The notes under the pieces are model-generated. The model saw nothing but the letters and a program-made list of their open reading frames with translations, did not search any database and was not told where the DNA came from. 64,000 bases of DNA, from NCBI GenBank assembly GCA_963828465.1, contig CAWHEU010000018.1, forward strand, positions 323,492 through 387,491. The letters run 5' to 3'. The DNA is from an uncultured Acidobacteriota bacterium (GTDB lineage Bacteria > Actinomycetota > Acidimicrobiia > Spongiisociales > ZC4RG35). The translations under genes and the position numbers were made by a program. Shown one piece after another: positions 26,868 to 36,514 of the stretch. Position 1 is the first letter of the stretch. Each line of letters begins with the position of its first letter.

Positions 26868-28274
26868 CTATGCCGATGCGAGCGGCACCCTACCGATGGT
26901 GAGCCCGACCGCCGCCGCCTGACCGGCGGTGGGCTCGGCACAACAGAACCAGCTCTCGGTAAGGCGCGGCGCCGGTGGCGACGAAGGCATGACCGCCATT
27001 TGAACACCTGTCATCTCCCCGATCCTCTCCCGCATCAGGAGCAGGGTGTCGCCGGCTTCCGCCCCGCAATCGGAGGCCTCGGCAGCGATGGAGTCGAGAG
27101 ATCTATGCAGCCGCTCTGTGGTGTGGTCTGCGAACCGCCACGACCAGGTCAACGATTCTGGTTGATAGGCGGTCAGGTAGGGGACGACGGCGGGGTGTCT
27201 CTCCAGGAGCGACCCCTCGGGGATGAGGAGCTTGATCGCCAGTTGCACGGGGTCGGTCGCCGACCACAGCCGATGATCGTCGATGAAGCCCACGATGCCG
27301 GCCAGATCCCTCGGCGTGGTCCACGGGAAGAAAGGGAGCCAGGTCGGCCTCACATGGATGCCGGAGGAGCGAAGTAATGCCACCGCCTCGGACATGTCAG
27401 CCGCCGTGTGGTTCTTGTCGAGCACGTCGAGAGTGCGATCGTCGGTGCTCTCGAAGGCGCTGACCACGAAGAGAACGCCGAGCTCCGCCATCTCGGGCCA
27501 CAGTGACCGATGCACCAGGATGTGCTCGACCTTGACGGTCAGGTCGAAGGTCAGCTCAGGATGAGTGGTGTGGGCCTCCCTCAACAGGTCCATCGAATAC
27601 CGGGGCGCGTTGAGAAAGTCCGGATCGCCGAATGTCACGTGCTGGATCCCGTCGGAAGCGAGCTGGTCGATGTCCGCCAGCACGGAATCCGCCCCGACCA
27701 CCCGCATCCTCCCGTCGTAGACAACGGGGATGGGGCAATGACGACAGCGGTGCCGGCATCCGTGCGAAGCCTCGACTGCGGCTGCGAGACGCGCCTCGCC
27801 CATCCACTCGAGACGGGCGTAGTTGTCGTGTGATGGCAGCGCGGATCGCTCGGGCTGGTGAAACCTCGTCCGCCCCCGACTCCGGCTCACGCCGTCCCCT
27901 CCAGTTACCGAGCCCACGGTCGTTGCCCATTCAACGAGAGCCGGCTCGTACTCGCCGACAAACACCGAGTCGGCAACATCGCCTACTACCCGGTCCTGAC
28001 CTACGCCGGCGTACAGACCGTAAAAGGCGATCGGAAGCCGGGGCTGCTGGCGGCGCAACTCCCTCGCCATCGGGATGGCGAGACGCATGGCGGTGTGCAT
28101 CGGCACCGAGAAGGCGACGGCGTCGGCGCCGTCCAGACGGGAGCTGTCCCAGTCCTCCACGGCGAGATCGACAGTGACGACGTCGACGCCGGCCGCGGCG
28201 AGGGCCGCCGCCGGAGAGGCGATGTGGACCGGCTGACGCCCCAGCTCGTACGTGGAGACGAGGAGCAAGCGCAT
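26868..28274 (-). CDS. CUAEP/CCAEP-tail radical SAM protein (B12-binding-like N-terminus)
   Basis: LVSTYELGRQP start, CRHRCRHC radical SAM motif, RLTESWFCCAEP tail; leaderless TACACT-N6-ATG. Confidence 0.85.
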   Translation of the reverse strand: MRLLLVSTYELGRQPVHIASPAAALAAAGVDVVTVDLAVEDWDSSRLDGADAVAFSVPMHTAMRLAIPMARELRRQQPRLPIAFYGLYAGVGQDRVVGDVADSVFVGEYEPALVEWATTVGSVTGGDGVSRSRGRTRFHQPERSALPSHDNYARLEWMGEARLAAAVEASHGCRHRCRHCPIPVVYDGRMRVVGADSVLADIDQLASDGIQHVTFGDPDFLNAPRYSMDLLREAHTTHPELTFDLTVKVEHILVHRSLWPEMAELGVLFVVSAFESTDDRTLDVLDKNHTAADMSEAVALLRSSGIHVRPTWLPFFPWTTPRDLAGIVGFIDDHRLWSATDPVQLAIKLLIPEGSLLERHPAVVPYLTAYQPESLTWSWRFADHTTERLHRSLDSIAAEASDCGAEAGDTLLLMRERIGEMTGVQMAVMPSSPPAPRLTESWFCCAEPTAGQAAAVGLTIGRVPLASA

Positions 28275-28313
28275 CGAGCCAGTGTATGACCCGCCCCCGG
28301 TACCCTTTCGACG

Positions 28314-29198
28314 ATGGGCAACTACGTGAGCACCCCCCAGGGACCGATGCACGAAATCGACTTCGGGGGGACCGGGCCGAGCCTGATCCTCATCCACGGC
28401 CTGGGCGGATCGACGACCAACTGGAACGCGGTGGCGCCGGCGCTGACCGCCCTCGGTCGGGTGCGGGCCGTCGATCTCCCCGGGTTCGGCCTCACCCCGC
28501 CGCGGTCAGACTTCCGGCTGGGGACACACCGCGACTCGGTGATCGCATATCTCGAGACGATGGACGGGCCTTTCACCCTCATCGGGAACTCGACCGGTGG
28601 GCTCCTCGCCGAGTTGATCGCGTCGGCCCGGCCCGACCTCGTTGATCGGCTCATCCTGGTGTCGCCGGCCACGCCCCCGGTGGTACCCGACCCGCGGCTC
28701 GACTGGCCGACGGCAGCCCGGCTCGCCATTCAGGCCACGCCCGGCATCGGGGCGGCATATGGCCGCCGGTTCATCCGGACCAACACCCCCGAACAGTTGG
28801 TGCGGAAGAGCATGAACATGATCACCCACAAGCCAGGGCGTGTCCCCATGTCACTCATCGAGGAGTCACGGGAGATGGCCCGGATCCGAAAGCAACTCCC
28901 CTGGGCCGAATACGCCACGGCCCGGACGGCGACTTCGATCGCAAGGCTCTATTCGCGACGGCCCGTGTACGTGGCCATGGTCCTCGCCATCGAGGCACCC
29001 ACCCTCGTGGTGCAGGGGGTATCCGACCACATCGTGTCGCCCACAGCAGTCGAGTGGCTCTGCGCCCTCCGCCCCGATTGGGAGCTGGTCCACCTCGACG
29101 ACACAGGGCATACCCCGCAGATGGACGCCCCTCATCGTTTCGTCGATGTCGTTCGCAGATGGTTGACGCGAGCCGAGGATCAGGCGGTGGGAGCCTGA
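28314..29198 (+). CDS. Alpha/beta hydrolase
   Basis: HGLGGS, DLPGFG, GNSTGG nucleophile elbow, GHTPQ. Confidence 0.92.
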   Translation: MGNYVSTPQGPMHEIDFGGTGPSLILIHGLGGSTTNWNAVAPALTALGRVRAVDLPGFGLTPPRSDFRLGTHRDSVIAYLETMDGPFTLIGNSTGGLLAELIASARPDLVDRLILVSPATPPVVPDPRLDWPTAARLAIQATPGIGAAYGRRFIRTNTPEQLVRKSMNMITHKPGRVPMSLIEESREMARIRKQLPWAEYATARTATSIARLYSRRPVYVAMVLAIEAPTLVVQGVSDHIVSPTAVEWLCALRPDWELVHLDDTGHTPQMDAPHRFVDVVRRWLTRAEDQAVGA

Positions 29199-29202
29199 AA
29201 AC

Positions 29203-29274
29203 CTCCTAGGGGGAGAACCCCCCTCGCCCCTGCGGGGCACTCCCCCCAACGTCGCTTCGCTCCTGGGGGGAGAA
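29203..29274. repeat. REP/CIR-like palindromic intergenic element
   Basis: GCCCC-TGC-GGGGC and CTCCCCCCA/TGGGGGGAG stems; 15-bp direct repeat CTCCTRGGGGGAGAA at 29203 and 29260. Confidence 0.6.
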
Positions 29275-29301
29275 ATACCTCCGCTAACTAGGCTTGGTCT
29301 C

Positions 29302-32022
29302 ATGACAGGCGATCTGAGCCGCACCCTCGGCGACGAATACGTCCATCAGATGCCGGACTCGGATCCGGTGGAGACTCAGGAGTGGATCGACTCCCTGGAT
29401 GCGGTCGTCAACGAGCAGGGGCCGGACCGTGCCAAGTATCTCGTGGCCAAGCTCCTCGAGAGGGCCCACGAGAACAACGTCGGTATCGCTGGCGCCATCA
29501 CCACCCCATACATCAACACGATTCCTCCCGAGGAGGAAGCCGAGTTCCCCGGTGACGCGGACATCGAGAGGCGGATCCGGCGGTTCATCCGGTGGAACGC
29601 GGCCGTGATGGTGATCAAGGCCAATCACCGCTCCAAGGGGATCGGGGGGCACCTGTCCACCTTCGCCTCGTCGGCCACCCTCTACGAAGTCGGCTTCAAC
29701 CATTTCTTCAAGGGGAAGGGCGCCGACGGCAAGGGCGACCACGTCTACATGCAGGGGCATGCCGCACCCGGGATCTATGCCCGGGCCTATCTCGAGGGGA
29801 GATTCGACGAGAAGCATCTCGACAATTTTCGCTTCGAGATCGATGGTCACGGCCTCTCCTCCTATCCCCACCCCCGTCTCATGCCCGACTTCTGGGAGTT
29901 CCCCACCGTGTCGATGGGTCTGGGGCCGATCAACTCGATCTACCACGCCCGCTTCAACAAGTACCTCCACAACCGTGGTCTCGACGACACCTCCAAGTCC
30001 AGGGTCTGGTGCTTCATCGGCGATGGCGAAGTCGACGAGCCCGAGACCCTGGGTGCCATCTCCCTGGCCACCCGGGAGGGGTTGGACAACCTGACTTGGG
30101 TGGTCAATTGCAACCTGCAGCGCCTCGACGGGCCCGTGCGCGGCAACGGCCAGATCATCACCGAGCTCGAATCGGCCTTCCGCGGCGCCGGTTGGAACGT
30201 GATCAAGGTGATCTGGGGCTCCGGCTGGGACGCACTCCTGGCCCGCGACCACGAGGGCGCCCTCATCAACGTGATGAACACCACCGTCGACGGGGAGTAC
30301 CAGCGGTACAAGGCGGAGAATGGCGCCTATGTCCGGGAGCATTTCTTCGGCAAGGACCCCCGCACCAAGGAGATGGTCGCCGAGATGAGCGACGACGAGG
30401 TCTGGGCGCTGCGGAGGGGTGGACTCGACTACAAGAAGGTCTACGCCGCATACAAGGTCGCAACCGAGCTCGACAACGGCAAGCCGACGGTGATCCTGGC
30501 CAAGACGATCAAGGGCTGGACCCTCGGCCCCGACGTCGAGGGAAGGAATGCGACCCACCAGATCAAAGAGCTGACCAACAAGCAGCTCATGGGCCTGCGA
30601 GAGAGGCTCAGCCTGCAGAACGAGATCCCCGAGGAGGCACTCGCCGGTGAGAATGTGCCGCCGTATTTCCGGCCGGAGCCGGGCACTCCCGAGCACGAGT
30701 ATCTCCATGCCAGACGTCAGGGGCTGGGTGGTTTCCTACCCAGCCGAGTCGTGCCCGAAAACACACTCCAGCTCCCCTCGCCCGAGACCTTCTCCGAGGT
30801 ATATGCCGGCTCGGGCAAAGCCGAAGCCTCGACGACTACCGCCTTCACACGTCTTCTTCGCGGTCTGGCCCGGTCCGAGGGATTCGGCAAATATGTGGTG
30901 CCGATCGTCCCCGACGAGGCACGCACGTTCGGCATGGATTCGCTCTTCCGCGAGCTCAAGATCTACGCCTCGAAGGGCCAGCTCTACGAGCCGGTGGACG
31001 CGTCGATGATCCTCTCCTATTCGGAGAGCCAGAGCGGCCAGATCCTCGAGGAGGGGATCACCGAGGCCGGCTCGACGGCGTCCTGGATCGCGGCCGGGAC
31101 CTCGTATGCAACGCGAGGGGTTCCGATGGTCCCGTTCTTCATCTTCTACTCGATGTTCGGCTTTCAACGGGTCGGAGACTTGATCTGGTCGGCGGCCGAC
31201 TCCCGCGTCCGCGGCTTCCTCCTGGGAGCGACCGCCGGTCGAACGACTCTGGAGGGCGAAGGCCTGCAGCACCAGGACGGACACAGCCTCGTGCTGGCGA
31301 CCTCGGTACCCGTTTGCGAGGCGTATGACCCCGCATTCGCCTATGAGGTCGGGACAATCGTCGAGCATGGCCTCGGGCGCATGTACGGGGCGGAGCCCGA
31401 GGACGTCTTCTATTACCTGACCCTCTACAACGAGAACCATCCGCAGCCGCCTCGCCCGGAAGGTGCCGAGCAGGGCATCGTCGATGGGCTCTACAAATGG
31501 GCCGATGGCCCACCGGCTTCGGGCCCGAAGGCGGCAATCCTCTTCTCAGGATCCGCCAACCTCGCCGCCCGTAAGGCCGCAGAGGATCTGGCGGAGCACT
31601 ACGACGTCAGCGCCGAGTTGTGGTCGGCTACCTCGTACAAGCGACTCCGGGAAGAGGCACTCGCGGTCACCCGGTGGAACCTCCTTCATCCGACCGCGGA
31701 GCGTCGCATCCCGATGGTCACCCGTCTCCTCTCCGACGTCGACGGGCCTGTTATCGCGGTCACCGATTACATGAGGTTGGTGCCGGACCAGGTGTCACGA
31801 TGGGTCCCGAAACCCTTCACCACCCTCGGCACCGACGGATTCGGCCGTTCCGACGCCCGCAAGGCACTGCGCCGGCACTTCGAGGTGGACACGGGCCATA
31901 TCGTCGCCGCCACGCTTTCCACCCTGGCCGGTGAGGGAGCCGTGCCGGATACGGTGGTCAGAGACGCCTTCGACCGCTACGAAATAGACCCCGAGGCCCC
32001 GGACCCCGCCATCTCCCGCTGA
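29302..32022 (+). CDS. aceE: Pyruvate dehydrogenase E1, homodimeric type
   Basis: DPVETQEWIDSL, GGHLSTFAS, EFPTVSMGLG, GDGEVDEPE, LGTDGFGRSD. Confidence 0.96.
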   Translation: MTGDLSRTLGDEYVHQMPDSDPVETQEWIDSLDAVVNEQGPDRAKYLVAKLLERAHENNVGIAGAITTPYINTIPPEEEAEFPGDADIERRIRRFIRWNAAVMVIKANHRSKGIGGHLSTFASSATLYEVGFNHFFKGKGADGKGDHVYMQGHAAPGIYARAYLEGRFDEKHLDNFRFEIDGHGLSSYPHPRLMPDFWEFPTVSMGLGPINSIYHARFNKYLHNRGLDDTSKSRVWCFIGDGEVDEPETLGAISLATREGLDNLTWVVNCNLQRLDGPVRGNGQIITELESAFRGAGWNVIKVIWGSGWDALLARDHEGALINVMNTTVDGEYQRYKAENGAYVREHFFGKDPRTKEMVAEMSDDEVWALRRGGLDYKKVYAAYKVATELDNGKPTVILAKTIKGWTLGPDVEGRNATHQIKELTNKQLMGLRERLSLQNEIPEEALAGENVPPYFRPEPGTPEHEYLHARRQGLGGFLPSRVVPENTLQLPSPETFSEVYAGSGKAEASTTTAFTRLLRGLARSEGFGKYVVPIVPDEARTFGMDSLFRELKIYASKGQLYEPVDASMILSYSESQSGQILEEGITEAGSTASWIAAGTSYATRGVPMVPFFIFYSMFGFQRVGDLIWSAADSRVRGFLLGATAGRTTLEGEGLQHQDGHSLVLATSVPVCEAYDPAFAYEVGTIVEHGLGRMYGAEPEDVFYYLTLYNENHPQPPRPEGAEQGIVDGLYKWADGPPASGPKAAILFSGSANLAARKAAEDLAEHYDVSAELWSATSYKRLREEALAVTRWNLLHPTAERRIPMVTRLLSDVDGPVIAVTDYMRLVPDQVSRWVPKPFTTLGTDGFGRSDARKALRRHFEVDTGHIVAATLSTLAGEGAVPDTVVRDAFDRYEIDPEAPDPAISR

Positions 32023-33200
32023 TGGCCTCCTATCGCGACCTCGTCAGCCGGGCCCGAGAGCAGATCGACGAGCTGACGCCTGAGGCACTGGAGCCGAAGC
32101 TGGACGACGTCCTCCTCATCGACGTCCGGGAGACCGGGGAGCACGAGCAGGGCACGATCCGTGGCGCCCGCCTACTTCCCCGCGGGTTGCTCGAGCGGGA
32201 CATCGCCGGTGTGGCCCCGGACCGATCGGGACCTGTCGTCCTCTACTGCGCCAGCGGCGGGCGCTCGGCGTTGGCCGCCGCAAGCCTGAAGGAGATGGGG
32301 TATGAGGAGGTCTACTCACTCGCCGGAGGATTCGATCGCTGGAAGTCCGAGGGGCGGGCATGGGGTGCCGGCGAAGGGCTCACAGCCGAGCAACGGGACC
32401 GATATTCGCGACATGTCATCCTCGAAGAGGTCGGCGAGGCCGGTCAGGCTCGCCTGCTCGACTCCAGCGTCCTGTTGATCGGCGCTGGGGGGTTGGGCTC
32501 CCCGGCGGCGCTGTACCTCGCGGCCGCAGGCGTGGGCACCATCGGCATCGTCGATTACGACGTGGTGGACAGGACAAACCTGCAGCGTCAGGTGCTGCAC
32601 AACCTCGACCGGGTGGGGATGCCGAAGACGGAGTCCGCCCGCGAGGCGATATCGGCACTCAATCCGGACGTCAAGGTGGTCACCCACAACGAGCGTCTCG
32701 ACGCCGGCAATGCCATCGACATCATGACGGGATACGACGTGGTCCTGGATGGGGGCGACAACTTCCCCACCCGATACCTCGTCAACGACGCCTCGCTGCA
32801 CGTCCGGGTCCCGGTGGTCCATGGCTCCATCTTCCGATTCGAGGGCCAGGTCTCGGTGTTCGACCCCTACGTCGGGCCGTGCTACCGATGTCTCTTCCCC
32901 GAGCCACCCCCTCCCGAGCTCGCCCCTTCCTGCGCCGAGGCCGGAGTCCTCGGCGTGCTGCCGGGGATCATCGGGTCGATCGAGGCCATGGAGGCGATCA
33001 AGCTCCTGCTCGGTCTCGGCGAGCCGCTGACCGGGAGACTCCTCATCTACGACGCCCTCGAGGAGGACTTCAGCTCGGTGAGCATCGACCGGGACCCGAA
33101 TTGCCCGGCTTGCGCCGACCCCGACCGGCCACCAAAGATCGTCGAATACGACCAGACCTGTCGCCCGGCGGGCAACGTCGCCCGTGCTGCGTCTTCCTGA
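32022..33200 (+). CDS. moeB: Rhodanese-ThiF/MoeB adenylyltransferase-sulfurtransferase (MoeZ-like)
   Basis: N-terminal rhodanese (YCASGGRS), RYSRH, GAGGLG, NLQRQ, CYRC, CPAC. Confidence 0.9.
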   Translation: MASYRDLVSRAREQIDELTPEALEPKLDDVLLIDVRETGEHEQGTIRGARLLPRGLLERDIAGVAPDRSGPVVLYCASGGRSALAAASLKEMGYEEVYSLAGGFDRWKSEGRAWGAGEGLTAEQRDRYSRHVILEEVGEAGQARLLDSSVLLIGAGGLGSPAALYLAAAGVGTIGIVDYDVVDRTNLQRQVLHNLDRVGMPKTESAREAISALNPDVKVVTHNERLDAGNAIDIMTGYDVVLDGGDNFPTRYLVNDASLHVRVPVVHGSIFRFEGQVSVFDPYVGPCYRCLFPEPPPPELAPSCAEAGVLGVLPGIIGSIEAMEAIKLLLGLGEPLTGRLLIYDALEEDFSSVSIDRDPNCPACADPDRPPKIVEYDQTCRPAGNVARAASS

Positions 33201-33567
33201 GCAGATCCGGTGGGCCATCCTGGCGCACGCCGAGAACTGCGCGCCAGATGAGTGTTGTGGCCTCGTCGCCATGGACGGTGACGGGCGAATCCGCTTTGCA
33301 TATCCCCTCACCAACTCGGACCCCTCTCCGGTTTCCTACACGATCGACCCCGAAGAGCACTTCCAGGCGATGCGTCACGCCGAGTCGAGGGGCTGGGAGA
33401 TCGCCGGGGTCTTCCACTCTCACCCTGGTGGCTCCGCCATGCCGTCGATGATCGACGTGCAGAGCGCGCTGGAGCCGGACTGGCTCTATTTGGTCGCAGC
33501 CCCGGGAGGCGAGATCCGGGGTTTCTACATCAGAGAGGGTGCGATCGAGGAGCTCGAACTGAGCTGA
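33184..33567 (+). CDS. mec: M67/JAMM metallopeptidase (Mec-like)
   Basis: PDECCG and FHSHP...PSMID JAMM motif. Confidence 0.85.
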   Translation: MLRLPEQIRWAILAHAENCAPDECCGLVAMDGDGRIRFAYPLTNSDPSPVSYTIDPEEHFQAMRHAESRGWEIAGVFHSHPGGSAMPSMIDVQSALEPDWLYLVAAPGGEIRGFYIREGAIEELELS

Positions 33568-33570
33568 GGT

Positions 33571-33987
33571 TCACACCCAGAGGGTGACTATCACCGCCAC
33601 GATTATGTAGGCGATCACCGCGTTGAGACCGTTGAGCAGCCAGTACGAAGACCCTTTCTGCTCGTAGATCTGGGTGACCAGGGCGCTCACCACACCGAAG
33701 CCAACTCCCAGGGCGGCGCCCAGCGCAACCCCGTCCACCACCTCGATTGCGCCAATGCCACGGGCAATGAGCGCGATCACGATCGTGGTCACGAAGTAAC
33801 CGACGAGGGTCGGGCCGAAAAGAGATGCCAGCGGCGGGCCCTCCGCGGTCATGTCGACCTTCGAAGCCTTCTGCCAGGCCTTGCTCAGAGGCGGGACGGA
33901 GTACCAGATGGCGCTGAATGCGAACCAGGCGATCGTCGCCACCACGATCGCCAACCAGTTCAACTCGCCGAAGAAATCGAAGATCAT
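33571..33987 (-). CDS. DUF1761 family membrane protein
   Basis: LNWLAIVVATIAWFAFSAIWYS pattern. Confidence 0.8.
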   Translation of the reverse strand: MIFDFFGELNWLAIVVATIAWFAFSAIWYSVPPLSKAWQKASKVDMTAEGPPLASLFGPTLVGYFVTTIVIALIARGIGAIEVVDGVALGAALGVGFGVVSALVTQIYEQKGSSYWLLNGLNAVIAYIIVAVIVTLWV

Positions 33988-34058
33988 CTCGTCCTCCTGG
34001 TCGGGGCCGATCGGCGATCAAAGTACCGGGCGGACAGACGGCGGCCAAGCACCGCTGC

Positions 34059-34960
34059 TCAGAGATCGATCGCCCGGTTCACCCACACCGAGGTGACCTC
34101 CATCCCGACCTTTTCGTAAAGGCCGAGGGCGCCGGTGCGGGAGTCGGTGGAGAGCTCGGAACGGCTGGCTCCATGAGCCCGCGCCTCGGAGAAGGCATCG
34201 GCGAGGAGGCCTGGCCCAGACCGAGTCCCCGCAGGTCCTTTCGCACGGCCAGTTTCTCTATGAACCCGGTGCTGTCGGCGATGAGGACCAACGCCGCCCC
34301 GACGACCTCGCCTGATTGGTCCGTCACCACTCGCAGGTTCCACGGCTCGAAGCCGGGCCGCTGCAACACCTGCGCCGAGAAGTCCTCGAAGCTCTGTCGG
34401 TCGCGCACCGACCATTCCAGGAACGCGTCTTCGATCACGGACCAAGTGGCCCGATGATCTGAATCAGTCGCGGTGCGGATGGCGTAGCCCGGAGGTAAGG
34501 CCCTGTCTTCGATGTTGCGGCCCTCGGGGAGAGCCAGCACCCAGCTCGTCCAGCGGACTCGATAGCCGAGGCCTTCGAGCAACCGGTCCCCGGGTGATCC
34601 TTTCGGCACCGGCATCCCTATCGTCTTCAGGCCTCGGCCTCGGGCTTGTTCCTGCATCCAGGCAGCGAGGTGGGTGCCGATCCCACGCCCCCGATAGTCG
34701 GGATGGACGGCGGCGTCGCCGCGGTCGCCACCCGAGAGCTCGGCGTACGCGACCAGCAGGTCGCCGTCGAAGACCCCGATCGTGCTGGCGCCGACGTCAT
34801 AGCTAGGACGTTGCCAATCGCTGACGATGTCGGCCTCCTCGATGACGACTTCGCCGATGTCAGCCAGCTGTCCGGCAGCCATGACGGCCGCAACCGCAGA
34901 CTCATCACCACGCGCCAGGGCGCGATGTGTCAGGCCCGGTGGGAGCTTCACAGAGGGCAT
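34059..34960 (-). CDS. Tandem GNAT acetyltransferase (MshD-like), frameshifted near 34210
   Basis: VHPDYRGRGIG and LAVRKDLRGLGLGQA then second frame LLADAF...TGALGLYEKVGM. Confidence 0.8.
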
Positions 34961-35051
34961 TGAAGCCGAGCAGTCGGTTTCGCACGGCCGAATTTGGCCG
35001 TGGGACCTCACTCGGAGAGGTGGAAGAAATCTTGGACGAACCCCTTGTTTC

Positions 35052-35075
35052 TGTCCCACCACGAACGTATGTTCG
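35052..35075 (+). promoter_or_regulatory. PafBC-like promoter TGTCCC-N10-TATGTT overlapped by LexA SOS box CGAAC-GTAT-GTTCG
   Basis: Perfect CGAAC-N4-GTTCG at 35062-35075; ATG at 35080. Confidence 0.8.
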
Positions 35076-35079
35076 GGGT

Positions 35080-36151
35080 ATGGATTTAGATCTGCTGTCC
35101 CAGGATCAGAAGGAACGGATCCTCGTCGGGGCCGAAGCCGAGATCGCCCGGCTTCGTGGTGTTCAGCTCGATGTGCTCGAGGATCTGGACCGGTGTCAGG
35201 TCGCCACCGCAGATGGGTGCCGGTCCCTGTCCGAATGGGCGACGGCACGGTTGGATCTTCATCCCGACACTGCGAAATCCCTGGTGCGGACCATGCGTCG
35301 CACCGTGGAACGTCCCGACCTGCGGGAAGCACTGGCGAGTGGTGAGATCACCTTCGACCGGGCGGAGGCACTGTCCCGGATTCCCGACGAGGTGGGGCTT
35401 CTCGAACATTTGGATGTGGCCGGAGTGCGGCGGGAAGCAGCCAACCGAGTCCGGATCAGCGCCGAAGACGAATATCGGACCGCTTCTGACCAGTTCCTCG
35501 TGATGCAACCCTCACTGGACGAATCGTGGTGGAAACTGTGGGGTGGCCTCGACGGAGCCACCGGCGCTCTCGTCGACAAGACAATCTCCGAAAAGGCTGA
35601 TGATCTACCCCTCCTCCCCGACGGGAGCAGAGGCGACAGTTCATGGCGGAAAGCAATGGCCCTGGCCGAACTCTGCATCAGCGACGATCCCCCACCCGCC
35701 CAGCTCACCGTATTCGTCGACACCACCCAAGCCACCCCATCCAACGGGCAGGCCGGTGTCATCTTGGAAGCCGGACCCCGGATCGGCCGGGACGCCCTCG
35801 AAGCCATCCTCTGCGATGCGGTCACCGAAATCACCGCCCGAGGCAGACGACGGCACACCAATGGTCTACGGACGGAAAACCAGGACCATCCCACCCGCCC
35901 TTAGACGGGCCATCATCCACCGCGACGGAAACACCTGCACCGGCGACGGCTGTCCCAGCACCAACCGCCTCCAAGTCCACCACATCATCCCCTGGTCACA
36001 AGGCGGAACCACCAACCCCGACAATCTGATCACCCTCTGCTGGTTCCACCATCAGATCGTCGTCCACCAACAAGGCTTCCAGCCCTACCACCACCCAGAA
36101 CACGGGCGGATCCGATTCCGCAAGCCCGCCCTCCGCGGGCCACCGGGTTAA
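35080..36151 (+). CDS. DUF222 HNH endonuclease, copy 2, frameshifted near 35842
   Basis: GEITFDRA core in one frame; RDGNTCTGDGC...VHHIIPWSQGG...LCWFHH in next frame. Confidence 0.85.
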
Positions 36152-36420
36152 CCCGCCGCCGTGGTCTCCGTTGGAGCCTCGGTCTCGGTCGGAGCCTCGG
36201 TTGGCGCGACCTCGGGGCTGGTCGTCCCGCTGTCCTCGGTAGTGACTGTCGTCACCGTGGTGTCATCCGTCTCACCGTCGCCGAGATAGACGACCGCGAG
36301 GATCACCACCAGCACTATCACCGCGCCGAGGATGACCCACCATCCGGGCCAGGTGGCTGGCTGTTGCGGGGGCGGCTGTTGCTCCGGGGTCGGCTGAATT
36401 GGATCTTGGGGAGTGGTCAT
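36148..36420 (-). CDS. Small single-TM protein with Thr/Glu-rich tail
   Basis: GGAGG RBS, WWVILGAVIVLVVILAVVYL TM. Confidence 0.65.
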   Translation of the reverse strand: MTTPQDPIQPTPEQQPPPQQPATWPGWWVILGAVIVLVVILAVVYLGDGETDDTTVTTVTTEDSGTTSPEVAPTEAPTETEAPTETTAAG

Positions 36421-36514
36421 CGTCGGTACCTCCAGATGCTGGGGCGTTCGCACCCATGCCTGGACAGCCTATGAGCCACCATCGCACCTATTCGGGCAAT
36501 GAATCTGGCGGTTA

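Noticed and set aside
29284-30708. 474-aa antisense ORF opposite aceE
   Set aside because: Shadow ORF from high-GC codon bias; no recognisable motifs
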